A stretch of 64,000 nt of DNA, from contig NC_057718.1 of assembly GCF_004010195.1 (NCBI RefSeq), positions 7,892,066 to 7,956,065 of the forward strand. The letters are read 5' to 3'. Of this stretch, positions 50,501 through 63,803 are shown piece after piece; the stretch's first letter is position 1; every line of letters starts with the position of its first letter. This DNA is from Chiloscyllium plagiosum (Eukaryota). The notes under the pieces are model-generated. The model was not told the origin of the DNA and did not search any database. It was given only the letters and a program-made list of their open reading frames with translations. Position numbers and translations under genes: made by a program.

Positions 50501-50900
50501 CAACTATAATCCTGTCGCTCTTGCAGCTTTATGTGATTTGCCTACATATCTGCTCCTCTATATTCCTGTGGCTGTTGGGAAGCCTGAAGTACTGTATAAT
50601 CCCAGCAAAGTAAACACCCCTTTTATTAATTTAAAAGCAGTACCCAGATGACCTCATTTGAAGACCCTATATGACATCCTCCCTCATTACTTCAGTGACA
50701 GTCTCATTTATCAATAATGCAATATCCCACCCTACTCACTGTCACCACTACCACGTCTTTACCTTCTATACTATGGAACATTAAGCTGTCATCCTGTCCA
50801 TCCTTCAACCGTGTCTCAGTGATTGCAACAATACCATTTTTCCATCAGGTTCATCCGCCTTGCCAGTGAAGCTCCTTACATTAGAATAGATACACTTCAG
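47545..50900 (-). mobile_element. Decayed CR1 ORF2 (APE to RT), split by a PLE-derived insert
   Basis: LDLILGN..FGNSDHNSV (APE), GEILNEYF, SGIPQGSVLGPLLF. Confidence 0.85.
48125..49460. mobile_element. Inverted-arm PLE-derived insert with 12-bp TSD; contains an HE1 SINE (48321-48478, minus) and an N gap
   Basis: aaaccagctgag at 48113-48124 and 49461-49472; about 48158-48321 is the reverse complement of about 49297-49459. Confidence 0.85.
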
Positions 50901-51572
50901 GCAAGTATTTTGGGAATAGTGATCATAACTCTGTAAGCTTCAAAGGCATTATGGAAAAGAATAACTAATGTCCCATGTGCCTTGCGCTGCCCATGTCCTC
51001 TTCACCAACTCGATTGTCCTAGCATTCCTTCTATATCTGACTGTGCCCCATCCCCCTGCCAAATCAGTTTAAAACCTGCCCAAAGGCATGGGCTAACCTC
51101 CCAGCAAGGATAGTGGATCCTTTCGAAAAGTCACGCACCCCTGAATATTCAGTTGCCAGCTTTGATCTGATGTCTGCACAATGAATATAACGCCTCTACG
51201 CTTCTACTTTGTTGCAAATACTGAAACCCAGATTTTATTCGAGCTGTTTGGTTTTTACTTGAAGAAAGCCACAACTTGGGCTCCCAGTCTGGAGCAGAAA
51301 TCACACGAGACACAATGAAATCTCACTGACACTGCAGCTATAATTCAGGAGCAGACAGCACGGTCAGTGTTCTGCAATTGTTTTCTGTGAAACCAACATG
51401 TTATGGCATCTACCTCCTGTTATGGTTGAGTAGCAATGCACTAATCCAGTGTCAGATTCTTGTAGCTGCTTGGCCAGTCTTAGAATCACATTTCACATAA
51501 GGAGGTTATTTGGCCCATCAGACTCATGCTAACTTTTAAAAGAACTTAGTCCCATGCTTGACCGTTTTCCCT

Positions 51573-52050
51573 TGATGAAATAACTCCACAGATGCTGATA
51601 TCCCACCACCAAGTCACCCTTTATTTATGCATATGTAGCACATGACACTGATCCAGCTAGCTCAGAGCCAGCTCCTAAAGTAAACATAAACTCTGACACT
51701 CCTGTTTATTTATTTCCTTTTTTTTCTTTTTTCTTCTTCTTTCTCTTTTTCTTTTGTTTTGTTTGTTTTTTTCTCTTTTTTTTATTTCACTACCGCCTAA
51801 CTGCGGCAGTGCTTATTTTTCCCCAGCACCCATGTTGTGTGTGTGCAGGTGTGAGACACAGTGAAAGATACAAGGTGCACAAATCTTTATTTAAATTTCT
51901 ACCACACGAGTGGCCAGTGACAAGCAGTGCCCTTACACTCCTGTTTATATCTGTCAGCCAGGGCTCCCAGATTGGGCTAGATTAATAGCCCCAATCAGGG
52001 AACTCCTATTCTATGAGGTCCATCTGGCTGACCTCATTCCAGTCCCTACA
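51573..52050 (-). mobile_element. Probable small solo LTR, interrupted by a Tx1-like tail
   Basis: TG..CA ends; aataaa on the minus strand near 51620; split by a TSD-flanked insert. Confidence 0.45.
51710..51934 (-). mobile_element. L1/Tx1-like 3' end with A-rich tail and 14-bp TSD
   Basis: acactcctgtttat at 51696-51709 and 51935-51948; T-rich tract 51710-51785; terminal stem-loop. Confidence 0.8.
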
Positions 52051-52187
52051 CTTGGGCTTTACATTTTATCTCAACTGGTTTTTATCCAATTCTTTCTCAA
52101 AATGTATTATAACAGATTTCACACTCTGAATGTCATTAGCATGTTCTGAACCAAATTGACAAAATGATAGAAAATCTTGGAAACCTG

Positions 52188-52830
52188 ACATAAGACCATA
52201 AGACATAGGAGCCAAAATTAGGCCATTCAGCCCTTCAAGTCTGCTAATAAGTTTCTTAACCCTATTCTCCCACTTTCTTCCCGTAATCCTTGATCCCCTT
52301 GATACTCAAGAACCTATCTATTTCCGTCTTAAATATACTCAATGACCTGGCCTCCACAGCCTTTTGTGGCAATGAATTCCACAGATTCAACACTCTCTGG
52401 CTGAAGAGGTTTCTCCTTATCTCCGTTCTAAAAAGTCTTCCTGTCGGGGAATGGGTCTGGGTGTGTTGCTCTTCGGAAGGTCAGTGTGGACTTATTGGGC
52501 CGAAGGGCCTGTTTCCACACTGGAAGTAATCTAATATAATCTAATCTTGTCTAAGACTGTGCCCTCAGGTTCTAGTCTCTCTTACCAATGGAAACACTTT
52601 CTCAACATCTACTCTGTCCAGGTCATTCAATATTCTGTAAGTTTCAATTAGATCCCCCTCATCCTTCCAAACTCCATTGAGTATAAACCCAGAGTCCTCA
52701 AATGTTCCTCATATGTTAAGCTTTTCATTCTTTGGACCATTCTCATGAACCTCCTCTGAACACACTCCAGGGCCAGTACATCCTTCCTGAGATATGGGGC
52801 CCAAAACTGCACGCAATAATCCAAACCAGA
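52188..52830 (-). mobile_element. CR1 3' fragment with nested HE1 tail (52443-52545)
   Basis: LDYCVQFWAPYLRKDVLALE. Confidence 0.85.
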
Positions 52831-53199
52831 TGTACAAGATAAGGCAAAATTCAACAGGTGCAGGATATCTGAATTTAAAACAGAAATTGTGGAAAATACT
52901 CGGAATGTCAAAAGGCATCTATGACGTGAAGAACCGAAGCTAACTCAAACCTAGTTGGGAAATGTTGACTCTCTTCCCCTGTCTAATAATGTGGCCTGAC
53001 CAAATCAGATTCCTGGCATCACTTGCTTTTCTTGTACAGTCGATGTCTTTTTGGAATTAAAAAACAGATCTCCAAACTTCTAGTATCTTTTGTGAAGAGA
53101 AATGTTTTGAAATGTCACTCCTGAAAAGTTTGAAGTGAATTTTTAAGATTGACATGTCCTGAATGTTCCAACAAGCAGACATTGATCAACACCCAAAAC

Positions 53200-53938
53200 A
53201 GGTAACACAGAGGGATCTGGGGGTTCTTCTGAAATGAAACACTAGCTGCAGCAAACAATTCAGATGACAAAATGAATTTTGGTCTTTATTGCTAACGGGT
53301 GACAAAATGAATTTTGGTCTTTATTGCTAACGGGTTGGAGTTTATAGATAGGGAGGTCTTGTGACAACTATTTAGGGTGTTGGTGAGGCCACACCTGATG
53401 TGCTGTACATGGTTTTGGACCTCATATGTAATACATGGTGGACTGGCATTGAAGGCAGTTCAAATGAGATTTCATTCCTGAGATGAAAGAGTTTACATAC
53501 CAAGAATGGATAAACAGGTTAAGCCTTTACTCATTAGAGTTTAGAAGAATGAGGGGAGATCTTACTGAAACATCCAAGATTCTGAGGGCTTGTCAGGGTA
53601 GATGTTGAGAAGATGTTTCCTCTAGTGAGGAAATCTCAAACTATGGGATGTGGTTCCAGAATGAGGGGAAACTCATGAGATGCAAAGGAATTTCTTCTCC
53701 CAGACGGTGGACAATGATGAAAATTCTCCACCCCAGAGAGTTGTGGAGGCTTGATCACTGAAGGTAGTTAAGGGGGAGGTAGATAGATTTTCAAAATATC
53801 AGGAAGTTGAGGGCTGTGCTGAGCTGGCAAGGAAGAGGAGTTGTGACCTGGGGCAGATCAGCCATGACCCTGTTGAATGGTGGGGCAGACTTGAAAGTCA
53901 GAAAGGCCAACTCCCTCTCCTATTTCTTATGTTCTTAC
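53200..53938 (+). mobile_element. Old CR1 3' fragment
   Basis: LVRPHL, LYSLEFRRMRGDL; ~34-bp tandem duplication near 53266-53334. Confidence 0.8.
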
Positions 53939-54859
53939 GAGCCTGTTTGATTCCCTTCCTAATTATGTGAACTTCAGTTCAATCTTCCCAGCACTGCTGA
54001 CAATCCCTCCAGGGGTTGTCTAATCAGCTCTTTGTAAAACTGAAACAAGACTTCCATCCTGTTGTATTCCAGTCTGGCAGATCTCCATGACAACATTTCT
54101 TCACCCCATTGATTATTTGCTGCCTGCATTTGAGGCAATTTAATGACTAATGTACTTCATTGCCCCAAGTTTCTTTGGATCTCTGATGTTTCACCAAAGA
54201 CCCCCGTAATGCATTGTGGTCAATCCCACATTAGTTTGCTGAGTGCCACAGATTCAGAGAAAGGTTACAGTGCTGAATGAGGCCATTCTGCTGTCATATC
54301 CATGCCAGCTCTTCGCAGGAGCAGCTCTAACGCTTCCCAGTACTACATTGCTCGTCAGATGTTAATCCATTTTAATGTACCCACTTATGTGGAATTCTGT
54401 TTGCCCATGATGCTGTCATAATTCCCTTTAGCCACGAATATCTCTTAGTTACTTTAAAGTTTCCTTCTATGCTGCCATCAATTTTGCATCTTTGTCAAAC
54501 TTGGAAAGCTGGTATTTTAGTTTCATCATTAAAATTATTATTTATTGAGGTCAACTGTTAAGGCTCCTAATATGGATTTTAGTCAGAACCAGGCGTTATA
54601 TTGTACCAATTCAACAGCCTGCCCATTATCCCAATTTCTCTACTCTCCTATGAGATTGGCAACTTTCCAATCTAGTTTCCAGGCTGCATCTCAGGGCTCC
54701 TCAGGCACCCTCTGAATGCTCACGCACTTTCTGACAACTTGGAGCTCACTGCATCCCTACCTTGCCTTTTTGCCCACATTACTTCTGTCTTGACTTGCCT
54801 TTCAGTGCTGACATGCAAGACCCAAAGCCAGACAGCTTTTCATTGTTGTCAGCAATGAC

Positions 54860-55752
54860 TAGAAACATGGAAACGAGAATAGGAGCAGGAGTAGGCCATT
54901 TGGCCCTTCGGACCTGCTCCAACATTCAATATGATTATGGCTGACCCTCCAATCCCAGTACCCCATTCCCACTTTCTCTCCATATCACTTGATCTCTTTA
55001 GCCACAAGGTCCACGTCAGGCTCCCTGTTGAATATTTCTAAAGAACCTTGGGGCAGCACAGTGGCTCAGTGGTTAGAATGCTGCCTCACAACATCAGGGA
55101 CCCGGGTTCAATTCGACACCTCAAGCGACTGTCCGCGAGCCGTTTGCACGTTCTCCCCATCTCTGTGTGGGTTTCCTCCAAATGGTCTGGCTTCTTCCCA
55201 CAGTCCAATGATGTGCAGCTTAGGTGGATTGTAGTGTTATGGGGTAGGGTTGGTTGGCTTGTTCCTTTTGTGACCCAATGTGGACTTGAAGGGCTGATAG
55301 GCCTGCTTCTACAAAATAGCGATTCTATGATTTGAACCGGTTCCAACAGCTTCCTGTGGGAGAGAATTCCACAGGTTCATAGCTCTCTGAGGGAAGAAAT
55401 TCTGCCTCATCTCAGTCCTGAATGGCTTACCCCTTATTCTTAGACTGTGTCCCCTAGTTTTGGACTTCTCCAACATCAGGAACATTCTTCCCACATCTAG
55501 TCTGTCCGGTCCCATCAGGATTTTAAATGTTTCCGTGAGATCCCCCCTTCATTCATCTAAATTCCAGCGAGTACAAGCCCAGCCGATCCAGTCTTTGCTC
55601 ATATATCAGTCCTGCCATCCTGGGAATCAGTCTGGGGAACCTTCACTAGACACCCTCAGGAGCAAGCATGTCCTTCCTCTGACTAGGAGACCAAAACTGT
55701 TCACAATGCTCGAGGCGTGGCCTCACCAAGGCCCTGGATAACTGCAGCAAGA
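54860..55752 (-). mobile_element. CR1 3' fragment with nested HE1 SINE (55048-55332, plus)
   Basis: KTRGHSLRIRGKPFRTEMRQNFF..WNSLPQEAV; SINE A and B boxes. Confidence 0.85.
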
Positions 55753-56124
55753 CCAATTAAGGGGGTGGACATGTTGCTGCCTGTCACTGTGGTTTCCAAC
55801 CTCACACCTGCATTGTGGGTCAGTCACATTCACAGCCCAAATGGCCATTTCTGAAAGTCCAACGGGGATTGGCAAGTCTGGGTCAGAGGGTCCTGGCATG
55901 GTAAGTCAAGGGTGACCTCCAGTAGCAGGATACCCTGGCAGTGGTGTGTGCTCATGCCTGTGGTGAGTAAGAGGTCATTCAGGTCTGAGAGGACAGCAGG
56001 GCTCCATGGGGACGTGGTGCACCAATAATGAGGTGAGTTTGTGACAGTAACATGAGGAAGATCACAAAGAGAAATCCTCCATGAAATCCACCAAAAGTGA
56101 CACTCGGCGGGTTTCTGGAAAGCT

Positions 56125-57670
56125 GCGGCCAGCGAGATCTGGGAGGATGTGTGTCCAATTTGTCACAGGTGGCAGGGCAAATTGAGAAAGGGGTTAAAAA
56201 TGCATGTGGACTGTCGGTCTTTATAAATAAAGGCACAAAGTACAAAAGCAATAAGGTTATGCTAAGCCTTCATAAAACTGGTTTAGCCTTAAGTGGAGTA
56301 TTGTGTCCATATGAGGATGATGAGGATGTTGGGACTGTACTTCTCTTCTGTTCTTTTCAAACCCTTGTTAGGCCGCATTTGGAGTATTGTGTACAGTTTT
56401 AGTCAACAGGAGGATGTGGAAGCTTTGGAGAGAGAGTGCAGAGAAGGTTCATCAGGATGTTACCTGGTCTTAAGGGCATTGGCCTATGAGGGGAAGGTTA
56501 AAAAGATGAGAAGTGATGGCTGAGAGGAGGCCTGATAGAGGGCTACACCATTATCAGAGGCATAGACAGGGTGGATAGTCAGAGGCTTTTTCCCAGGGTT
56601 GACATTTCAATTACAACGGGGAGCAGATTCAAGGTGAGAGGGGAAAGTTTAAGCGAGATGCGCGAGGGATGCTTTTCACCCTCTAGTGGTAGGGGCCTGG
56701 AACGCGCTGTCAGAAGAGGTGGTGGAGGCAGGCACATTGGTAATGGTTACATGAATAAGGAGGAAATAGGGGGAGACAGACCGAATAAAGACAGAAGGTT
56801 TGTTTGTTAATTTAATTAGTGCACGATGATCGGCATAGGCTTGGATGTACTTCTCTTCTGTTCTTTTGTTTTCCTTGGAGAGATGTAGGCTGAGAGGAGA
56901 TTTGTTAAAGGTTTTCAAACTCTTCTCAAAATCATGTTAGATTGAACAACAGGGAGGAAGTGTTCCCACGCATAAAAAGGAAAAGAAACAAGAGGGGCAT
57001 AGACATAAAGTAATATGCAAAAGTAGTAAGAGTAATGTGAGGAGAAACATTTTTAGGCAGCAAATAGTTAGAGTCTGGAATGCACTGCCTGGAGATGTGG
57101 TGGAAGCAGGTTCAATTAAAGCATTCAAGAGGGGCACTAGATAGTTATTTGTATAGGAAATGGTGTGCAGGGCTATGGGTGAAAAGGCAGAGGATTGGCA
57201 CTTGGCAATGTTACCAATGTGGGCACAATGGGCTGACTGGCCTCCTTCTGCACTATGACAATTCCATGGACCTGTGATTGTGAGACATCACATTTCAGAA
57301 AGGGAGAAAAGATAAGCAGCAAATTTTCTATGGACCAGGGACAGATTGGAGAAACTGGGGAAGTACTCCCCCATTGATGAGAAGATTGAGAGAGGAAATG
57401 AAGCAGATGATCAATATCCTCAAGGCTGTGGACGGAATCGATTGTGAAACACTGGCTTCTTTGGTGAAAGGGTCAAGAAGCAGAGGGCAACAGAGATTCT
57501 GTTGAAGGTGAAATGAGGAAAAGTCTCTTTCTCTCCAGCAAGTGGTTAGGACCTGAAGTGCAGTACCTGGAAATAGGGTCATCTACAGCCTTCAAATAAT
57601 TACCTGCACAGAAAATAACTAATCCATTCACAGGAAAGGGCAGGGGAATGAGACCAGCTGAGTTAACCCT
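56125..57670 (+). mobile_element. Cluster of several decayed CR1 3' fragments
   Basis: RDLG, LVRPHLEYCVQF, QRLFPRV and WNALP motifs recur. Confidence 0.75.
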
Positions 57671-58261
57671 GCAAAGAGTTGGCATTTTTATTTTACTCAT
57701 TCACAGGATGAGGACATCGCTAGCTTGGCCAGTATTTATTGCCCAGAGGGCAGTTAAGAGTAAACCATATTGCTGTGGGTCTGGAGTCACATGTAGGCCA
57801 GACCAGGTAAGGATGGCAGTTTCCTTCCCAAAAGGACATTGGCTTGTTCCTAACAATCAGCAATGGATTCAGGTCATCATTAGATTCTTAAAAAAAATTA
57901 AATTCAAATTCCACCAACTACTGTGGTAGGATTTGAAGCTGGGGTTCCCTAACCATCACCTGTGTGACCCAGTGACAATACCACTAGGCCGTCACCTTGC
58001 CAATATGGATGGGAGAATGATGGTATTCATTATCTGTGTGTTAACTTATTTAGAACAGTAAAACACTTTATCAGTTATAAAGCAGGTTGGGTGGAGCTAA
58101 TTCAAATTCAGTATGAACTTTTTTTATCAGGGGACTCGAAAGCTGACTGACAGTGGACTTAATGAGGAGCATTTTTTTTGGGTGATGAGCATTTGATGTT
58201 CTTTTAAGATTTTTTTTTAATCTTTGGCATACTCAAGATTAAAAACTTAGGCAAAGAAAGG

Positions 58262-58805
58262 TTTTTTCATATGCTGTTGCCATCTTGGAGACATAGGTAG
58301 AGCAGGGATAGGCATGGTTGTTGCGGGCTCTGGGGTTTAGATGTTTCAGTAAGAACAGAGAAGTTGGTAAAGGAGAGGGAGGTGTGGCATTGTTAGTCAA
58401 GGACAGTTTTACAGTGGCAGAAAGGACACTTGAGGACTCGTCTACTGAGGTAGTATGGGCTGAGGTTAGAAACAGGAAAGGAGAGGTCACCTCTCCTGTT
58501 GGGAGGTTTCTATAGGCCTCCGAATAGTTCCAGAGATGTAAAGGAAGGGATTGTAAAGATGATTCTGAAAGGAGCGAGAGTGACAGGGTAGTTGTTATGG
58601 GGGACTTTAACTTTCCAAATATTGACTAGAAATACTATAGCTTGAGTACTTTAGATGGGTCAGTTTTTGTCCAATGTGGGCAGGATGGTTTCCTGACACA
58701 GTATGTAGTCAAGCCAACAAGGGGCGAGGCCACATTGGATTTGGTACTGGGTATTGAATCTCGCCAGGTGTTAGATTTGGAGGTAGGTGAGCAGTTTGGT
58801 GATAG
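58262..58805 (+). mobile_element. CR1 ORF2 APE endonuclease fragment
   Basis: GGVALLVKDS, FYRPPNSS, VVMGDFNFPNID, PTRGEATLDLVLG, EQFGD. Confidence 0.9.
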
Positions 58806-60650
58806 AGCATAGAACATTACAGCGCAGTGCAGGCCCTTCGGCCTTCGATGTTGCTCTGACCTGTGAACCCAAGCTGAAGCCATCTAACCTACACTATTCC
58901 ATTCTTGTCCATATGCCTATCCAATGACCATTTAAATACCCTTAAAATTGTTGATTCTACTACTGTGGCAGACAGTGCATTCCACACCCCTACCAGTCTC
59001 TGAGTAAAGAAACTACTTCTGACATCTGTCCTATATCTATCACCCCTCAATTTAAAGCAATGTCCCCTCGTGCTAGCCATCACCATCTGAGGAAAAAGGA
59101 TCTCCCTGTCCACCCTATCTAACCCTCTGATTATCTGATATGTCTCAATTAAGTCACCTTTCAGCCTTCTTTTCTCTAATGAAAACAGCCTCAATCCCCT
59201 CAACCTGTCCTTGTAAGATCTTGCCTCCATACCAGACAACATCCTAATAAATCTCTGAATCCTTTCCAAAACTTCCACATGCTTCCTATAATGTGGTGAC
59301 CAGAACTGTATGCAATACTCCAAGTGCGGCTGCACCAGAGTTTTGTACAGCTGCAGCATGATATCATGGTTCCGAAATTGAATCCCTCTACCAATGTAAG
59401 ATAACACACCGTATGCCTTCTTAACAACCCTATCAACCTGGGTGGCAATTTTCAGAGATCTATGTACATGGACACTGAGATCCTCCTTCTCATCCATATT
59501 ACCAAGAATCTTACCATTAGCCCAGCATTCTGCATTCCTGTTACTGCTTCCAAAGTGAATCACCTCACACTTTTCCGCATTAAGCTCCGCATTTGCCACC
59601 TCTTAGCCCAGCCCTGCAGCTTCTCTACGTCCCTCTGTAACCTATAACATCCTTCGTCACTTATCCACAACTCTACTGACTTTAGTGTCATCCGCAAATT
59701 TACTAACCCATCCTTCTATGCCCTTATCCAGGTCATTTATAAAAATGACAAACAGCACTGGCTCCAAAACAGATCCTTGTGGTACACCACTAGTAACTGT
59801 ACTCCAGGATAAACATTTCTCGTCAACCACCACCCTTTGTCTCCTTTCAGTTAGCCAATTTCTGTTCCAACCCATTAAGTTACCCTCAATCCCATGCCTC
59901 CGCAATTTGTGCAATATCTCATCATGGGGAACCTTATGAAATGTTTAACTGAAATCCATATACACTACATCAACTTTACCCTCAACTACCTGTTTGATCA
60001 CCTTCTCAAAGAACTCAATAAGGTTTGTGAGGCATTACCTACCCTTCACAAAACCGTGTTGATTATCCCTAGTCAACTTATTCCTTTCTAGATTATTATA
60101 AATCCTATCTCTTATAACCCTTTCCAACACTTTATCCACAATTAAGTAAGGCTCACTGGCCTATAATTACCAGGGTTGTCTCTACTCCCTTTCTTGAATA
60201 AGGAAACAACATTTGCTACCCTCTAGTTTTCTGGCACTATTCCTGTGGACAATGGCAATATAAAGATCAAAGCCAAATAAAGATCCTATCTGCCAACGAC
60301 TTCTCATGTCCCCTCCTGGATCTTTGTAGCTCTCTCTTTAGGTCTTTCCTGGCTAACTTGTATCTCTCACGTGCCCTAACTGAACCTTCACATCTCATCC
60401 TAACATAAGCCATCTTCTTCCTCTTGACAAGAGATTCAACTTCCCTAGTAAACCGCGCTCGACCACTTCCTTCCTGCTTGACAGGTACACACTTATCAAG
60501 GATCTGCAGTAGCTGTTCTCTGAATAAGTTCCACATTTCAATTGTGCCCATCCCATGCAGTTTCCTTCCCCATCCTATACATCCTAAATCCTGCCTAATC
60601 GCATTGTAATTGCCTTTCTCCCAGCTATAACTCTTGTCCTGTGGTATATA
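58806..60650 (-). mobile_element. CR1 ORF2 post-APE region through RT to 3' UTR
   Basis: [38 protein letters not shown], 236-aa ORF 58889-59599. Confidence 0.92.
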
Positions 60651-60660
60651 ACCTAAAGAC

Positions 60661-60811
60661 TCCTTGGAGAAGGAGCACGCGGTGTCCACCAACACCCTGG
60701 AGTTGTTCAGGGAGAGGTGGGCGCCGCAGGAAAAAAAAAATATAATAAGCACTACCGCACTTAGGTGGTAGTGTGGGGGTTAAATTATTAAAAAAAAAGA
60801 AGAAAAAAAAA
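60661..60811 (+). mobile_element. Tiny L1/Tx1-like insertion with 15-bp TSD
   Basis: atataacctaaagac at 60646-60660 and 60812-60826; encodes SLEKEHAVSTNTLELFRERWAPQ, then stem-loop and poly(A). Confidence 0.8.
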
Positions 60812-60844
60812 ATATAACCTAAAGACAGACAAGAGTGAGTCACA

Positions 60845-63803
60845 GAATGAGGTGCAAGGGGTCTTACAGGTAAGGCTGATGAACTCAGGCCATGTATGGG
60901 AACATGGGACAGGGACAGGAAGTTGGCCGAGGGAAGGACAGGATTGCAACTCAATGTTCCGGGTTTTAGATGCTATTGGGAGGGTAGAAAGAGAGACAAT
61001 AAAGGATGGGGAATGGCATTCTTGATTAAGGAAAACTTCGCGACTGTAATTGGGATATTTCTGAGGGATAGTCCAGTGAAACAATATAGGTAGAAATTAG
61101 AAATAAGAAAGTGTTGATCACCTTGATGGGAATTGTACTGTTGGCAGACCAATAATCAGGAGAAATTGAAGAACAAACATATTGAGAGATCTCAGATATG
61201 CATAAGAAAAATAGGGTTGTAATAGTTCAGGATTTTAACTTTCCAAACATTGACTGGGATGCCAAAGAGTTAAAGGTTTGGATGGTGAGAAATTTGTTAA
61301 AGAAAACTTTCTTTATCAATATGTAAATATACCTATTAGAGAAGTTGCAAAACTTGACCTTCTCTTAGGAAGTAAGGCAGGGAAAGTTACTGAAATGTTA
61401 GTAGAGGAACACTTTGGGACCAGTGATCATAATTCTATTAGTTTTAAAATAGTTATGGAAAAGGATAAGCCTGACATGAAAGTTAAAGTTCTTAACTGAA
61501 GTAAGGTGAATTTTAATGGTATGAAACAAGAATGTTCAAAAGTTGATTGGAGTAGAGTGTTTGCAGGTAAAGGGATGACTGACAAGTGGAAGGCTTTCAG
61601 AAATATATAACAAGAGTCAGGAGACATTATGTTCTTATTAGAGTAAAGAATAAGGCCAGTAAGAGTAAGAAATAACAGATGAATAAAGATATTGACATTC
61701 CAGTCAAGAATAAGAAAGAATCATGTATTGGACCTAGACAACTAGGATCATGTGAATCTCTTCAAGATTATAAAGTGTGTAGGGGCATTGTTCATAGATT
61801 CACAGAATCATATTATCACAGAATCTCTACACTGGGGAAACAGGCCATTCAGCCCAGCAAGTCCATACTGACTCATAGAAGAGCATCCCAAACAGACCCA
61901 CCATTTGGTTCATTAAGTCCCTTGGGAAGGAAACTGCACCCTTATCTGGTCTGGCCTGCACGTGACTCCAGACCACTGCAATGTGGTTGACTCACAACTG
62001 TTCTCTGGGCAATTAGGGATGGGGCAATAAGGGATGGGGCAATAAATGCTGTAATAGCACTCATTCAGTGAATTAACAAAACAAGACCAACTGGAGAGAG
62101 AATAGGGCCCCTTAAAGATCAATGAGGTCATCCATATGTTGAACCTCAGGGGATAGGAGAGGTATTAAATAAATATTTCATGCCAGCTTTTACTGCGGAA
62201 AAAGAAGTGGAGGCTAGAGAACACGTGAAAATAAATATTCATGTTTTGAAACAGTTCATATTACAGAGGATGAAATGCTGGAGGTCTTAGAAAACATAGT
62301 TAAAAATCACACAACACCAGGACCTGACTAAGTGTTTCCCAGGACATTGTGGGAAGTTACAGAGGAAATGAAAGAGCCCCTAGCAGAAATATTTACATCA
62401 GCTATTATTATAGGTGAGGTACTGGACGGTGGCAAATGCTGTGCCTTTATTTAAGAAAGGCTATAAGGAGAAGCCTGGGAAATATGGACCCCTGAGCCTG
62501 ACATCAGTGGTGGGTAAGATGTTGGAGGGGTTTCTGAAAGATAGGGTTACATGCATTTGGAAGTGCAGGGACTGATTAGGCATAGTCAGTGTGGTTTTGT
62601 ACGTGGGAAATCATGTCTCACAAACTTGATTGAGCTTTTTAAGAAAGTAACCAAAAAGATTGATGAGTGCAGAGAGGTAGACATTGTTTACATAGACCCA
62701 GCAAAGTGTTTGACAAGGTTCGGCTTGGTAGAATAATTAGTGAAGTTCAATCACACGGGATTCAAGGAGAGTTTGCCAATTGGATACAAAATTGGCTTGA
62801 TGGTAGGAGACAGAGGGTAGTGATGGAGGGTTATTTTTCGTACTGGAGACCTGTGACCAGCGGTGTTCCACAGAGATCGGTGCTGGGTCCCTTTTGTTTG
62901 TCATTCATATAAATGATTTGGATGGAATATAGGAGGGATGGTTAGTAAGTTTGTGGATAACACCAAAATTGGTGGTGTAGTTGACAGTGAAGAAGGTTAT
63001 CTAAGATTACAAAGGGGTCTTGATCAACGAGGTCAACAGGCTGAGGAGTGACAGATGGAGTTTAATTTAGATAAATGCACGGTATTGCAGTTTGGTACAT
63101 GGGCAGGATTTATACAATTCATGGCAGGGCACTGGGGTGGTGTTGGGGTTCAGGTACGCAATTCTTTGAAACTTGTGTCACAGCTAGTCAGGCTGGTTAA
63201 GGAGGTGTTTAGCACACTTACCTTCATTGCTCAGACCTTTGAGTATAGGAGTTGGGACGTCATGTTGAGGTTGTACAGGACCTTGGTGAGGCCTCTTCTG
63301 GAGTACAGTGGATAGTTAGGTCTTCCAGCTATAAGAATGATATTATTAAATTGGAGAGGGTTCAGAAGAGATTTACCAGGATGTTGCTGGGAATAGAGGG
63401 TTTGAGTTAAAAAGAAAAGAGGCTGGATGGACTGAGACATTTTTCACTGGAGTGTAGGAGGTTGCGGAGTGACCTTATAGAGATTTATAAAATCATGAGA
63501 GGCATGGATAGGGTGAATGACAAGGGCCTTTTCCCCAAGGTGGGCGAAGTTCAAAACCACGGGCATATTTTTAAGGTGAGAGGAGAAAGGTTTAGAAAGG
63601 ACATGAGAGGCAATGCTTTTTACACAGAGGAAGTGGTGGCTGTGGGTACAGTTACATTTGGATAAGTACATGAATAGGAAAGGTTTGGAGGGATATGGGC
63701 CAAGCTCAGGCAAGTGGGACGAGTTTAGTTTGGGATTGTAGTCGGCATGGACTGGTTGTACTGAAGGGTCTGTTTCCGTTCTGTATGATTCTATGATTCT
63801 ATA
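60845..63803 (+). mobile_element. Near full-length decayed CR1 ORF2 and 3' UTR, interrupted by SINE pieces (about 61790-62080)
   Basis: GLTGKADELR, DFNFPNIDWD, FGTSDHNSISF, KSCLTNLIE, SGVPQ, LVRPLLEY, (ctatgatt)n tail. Confidence 0.9.
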
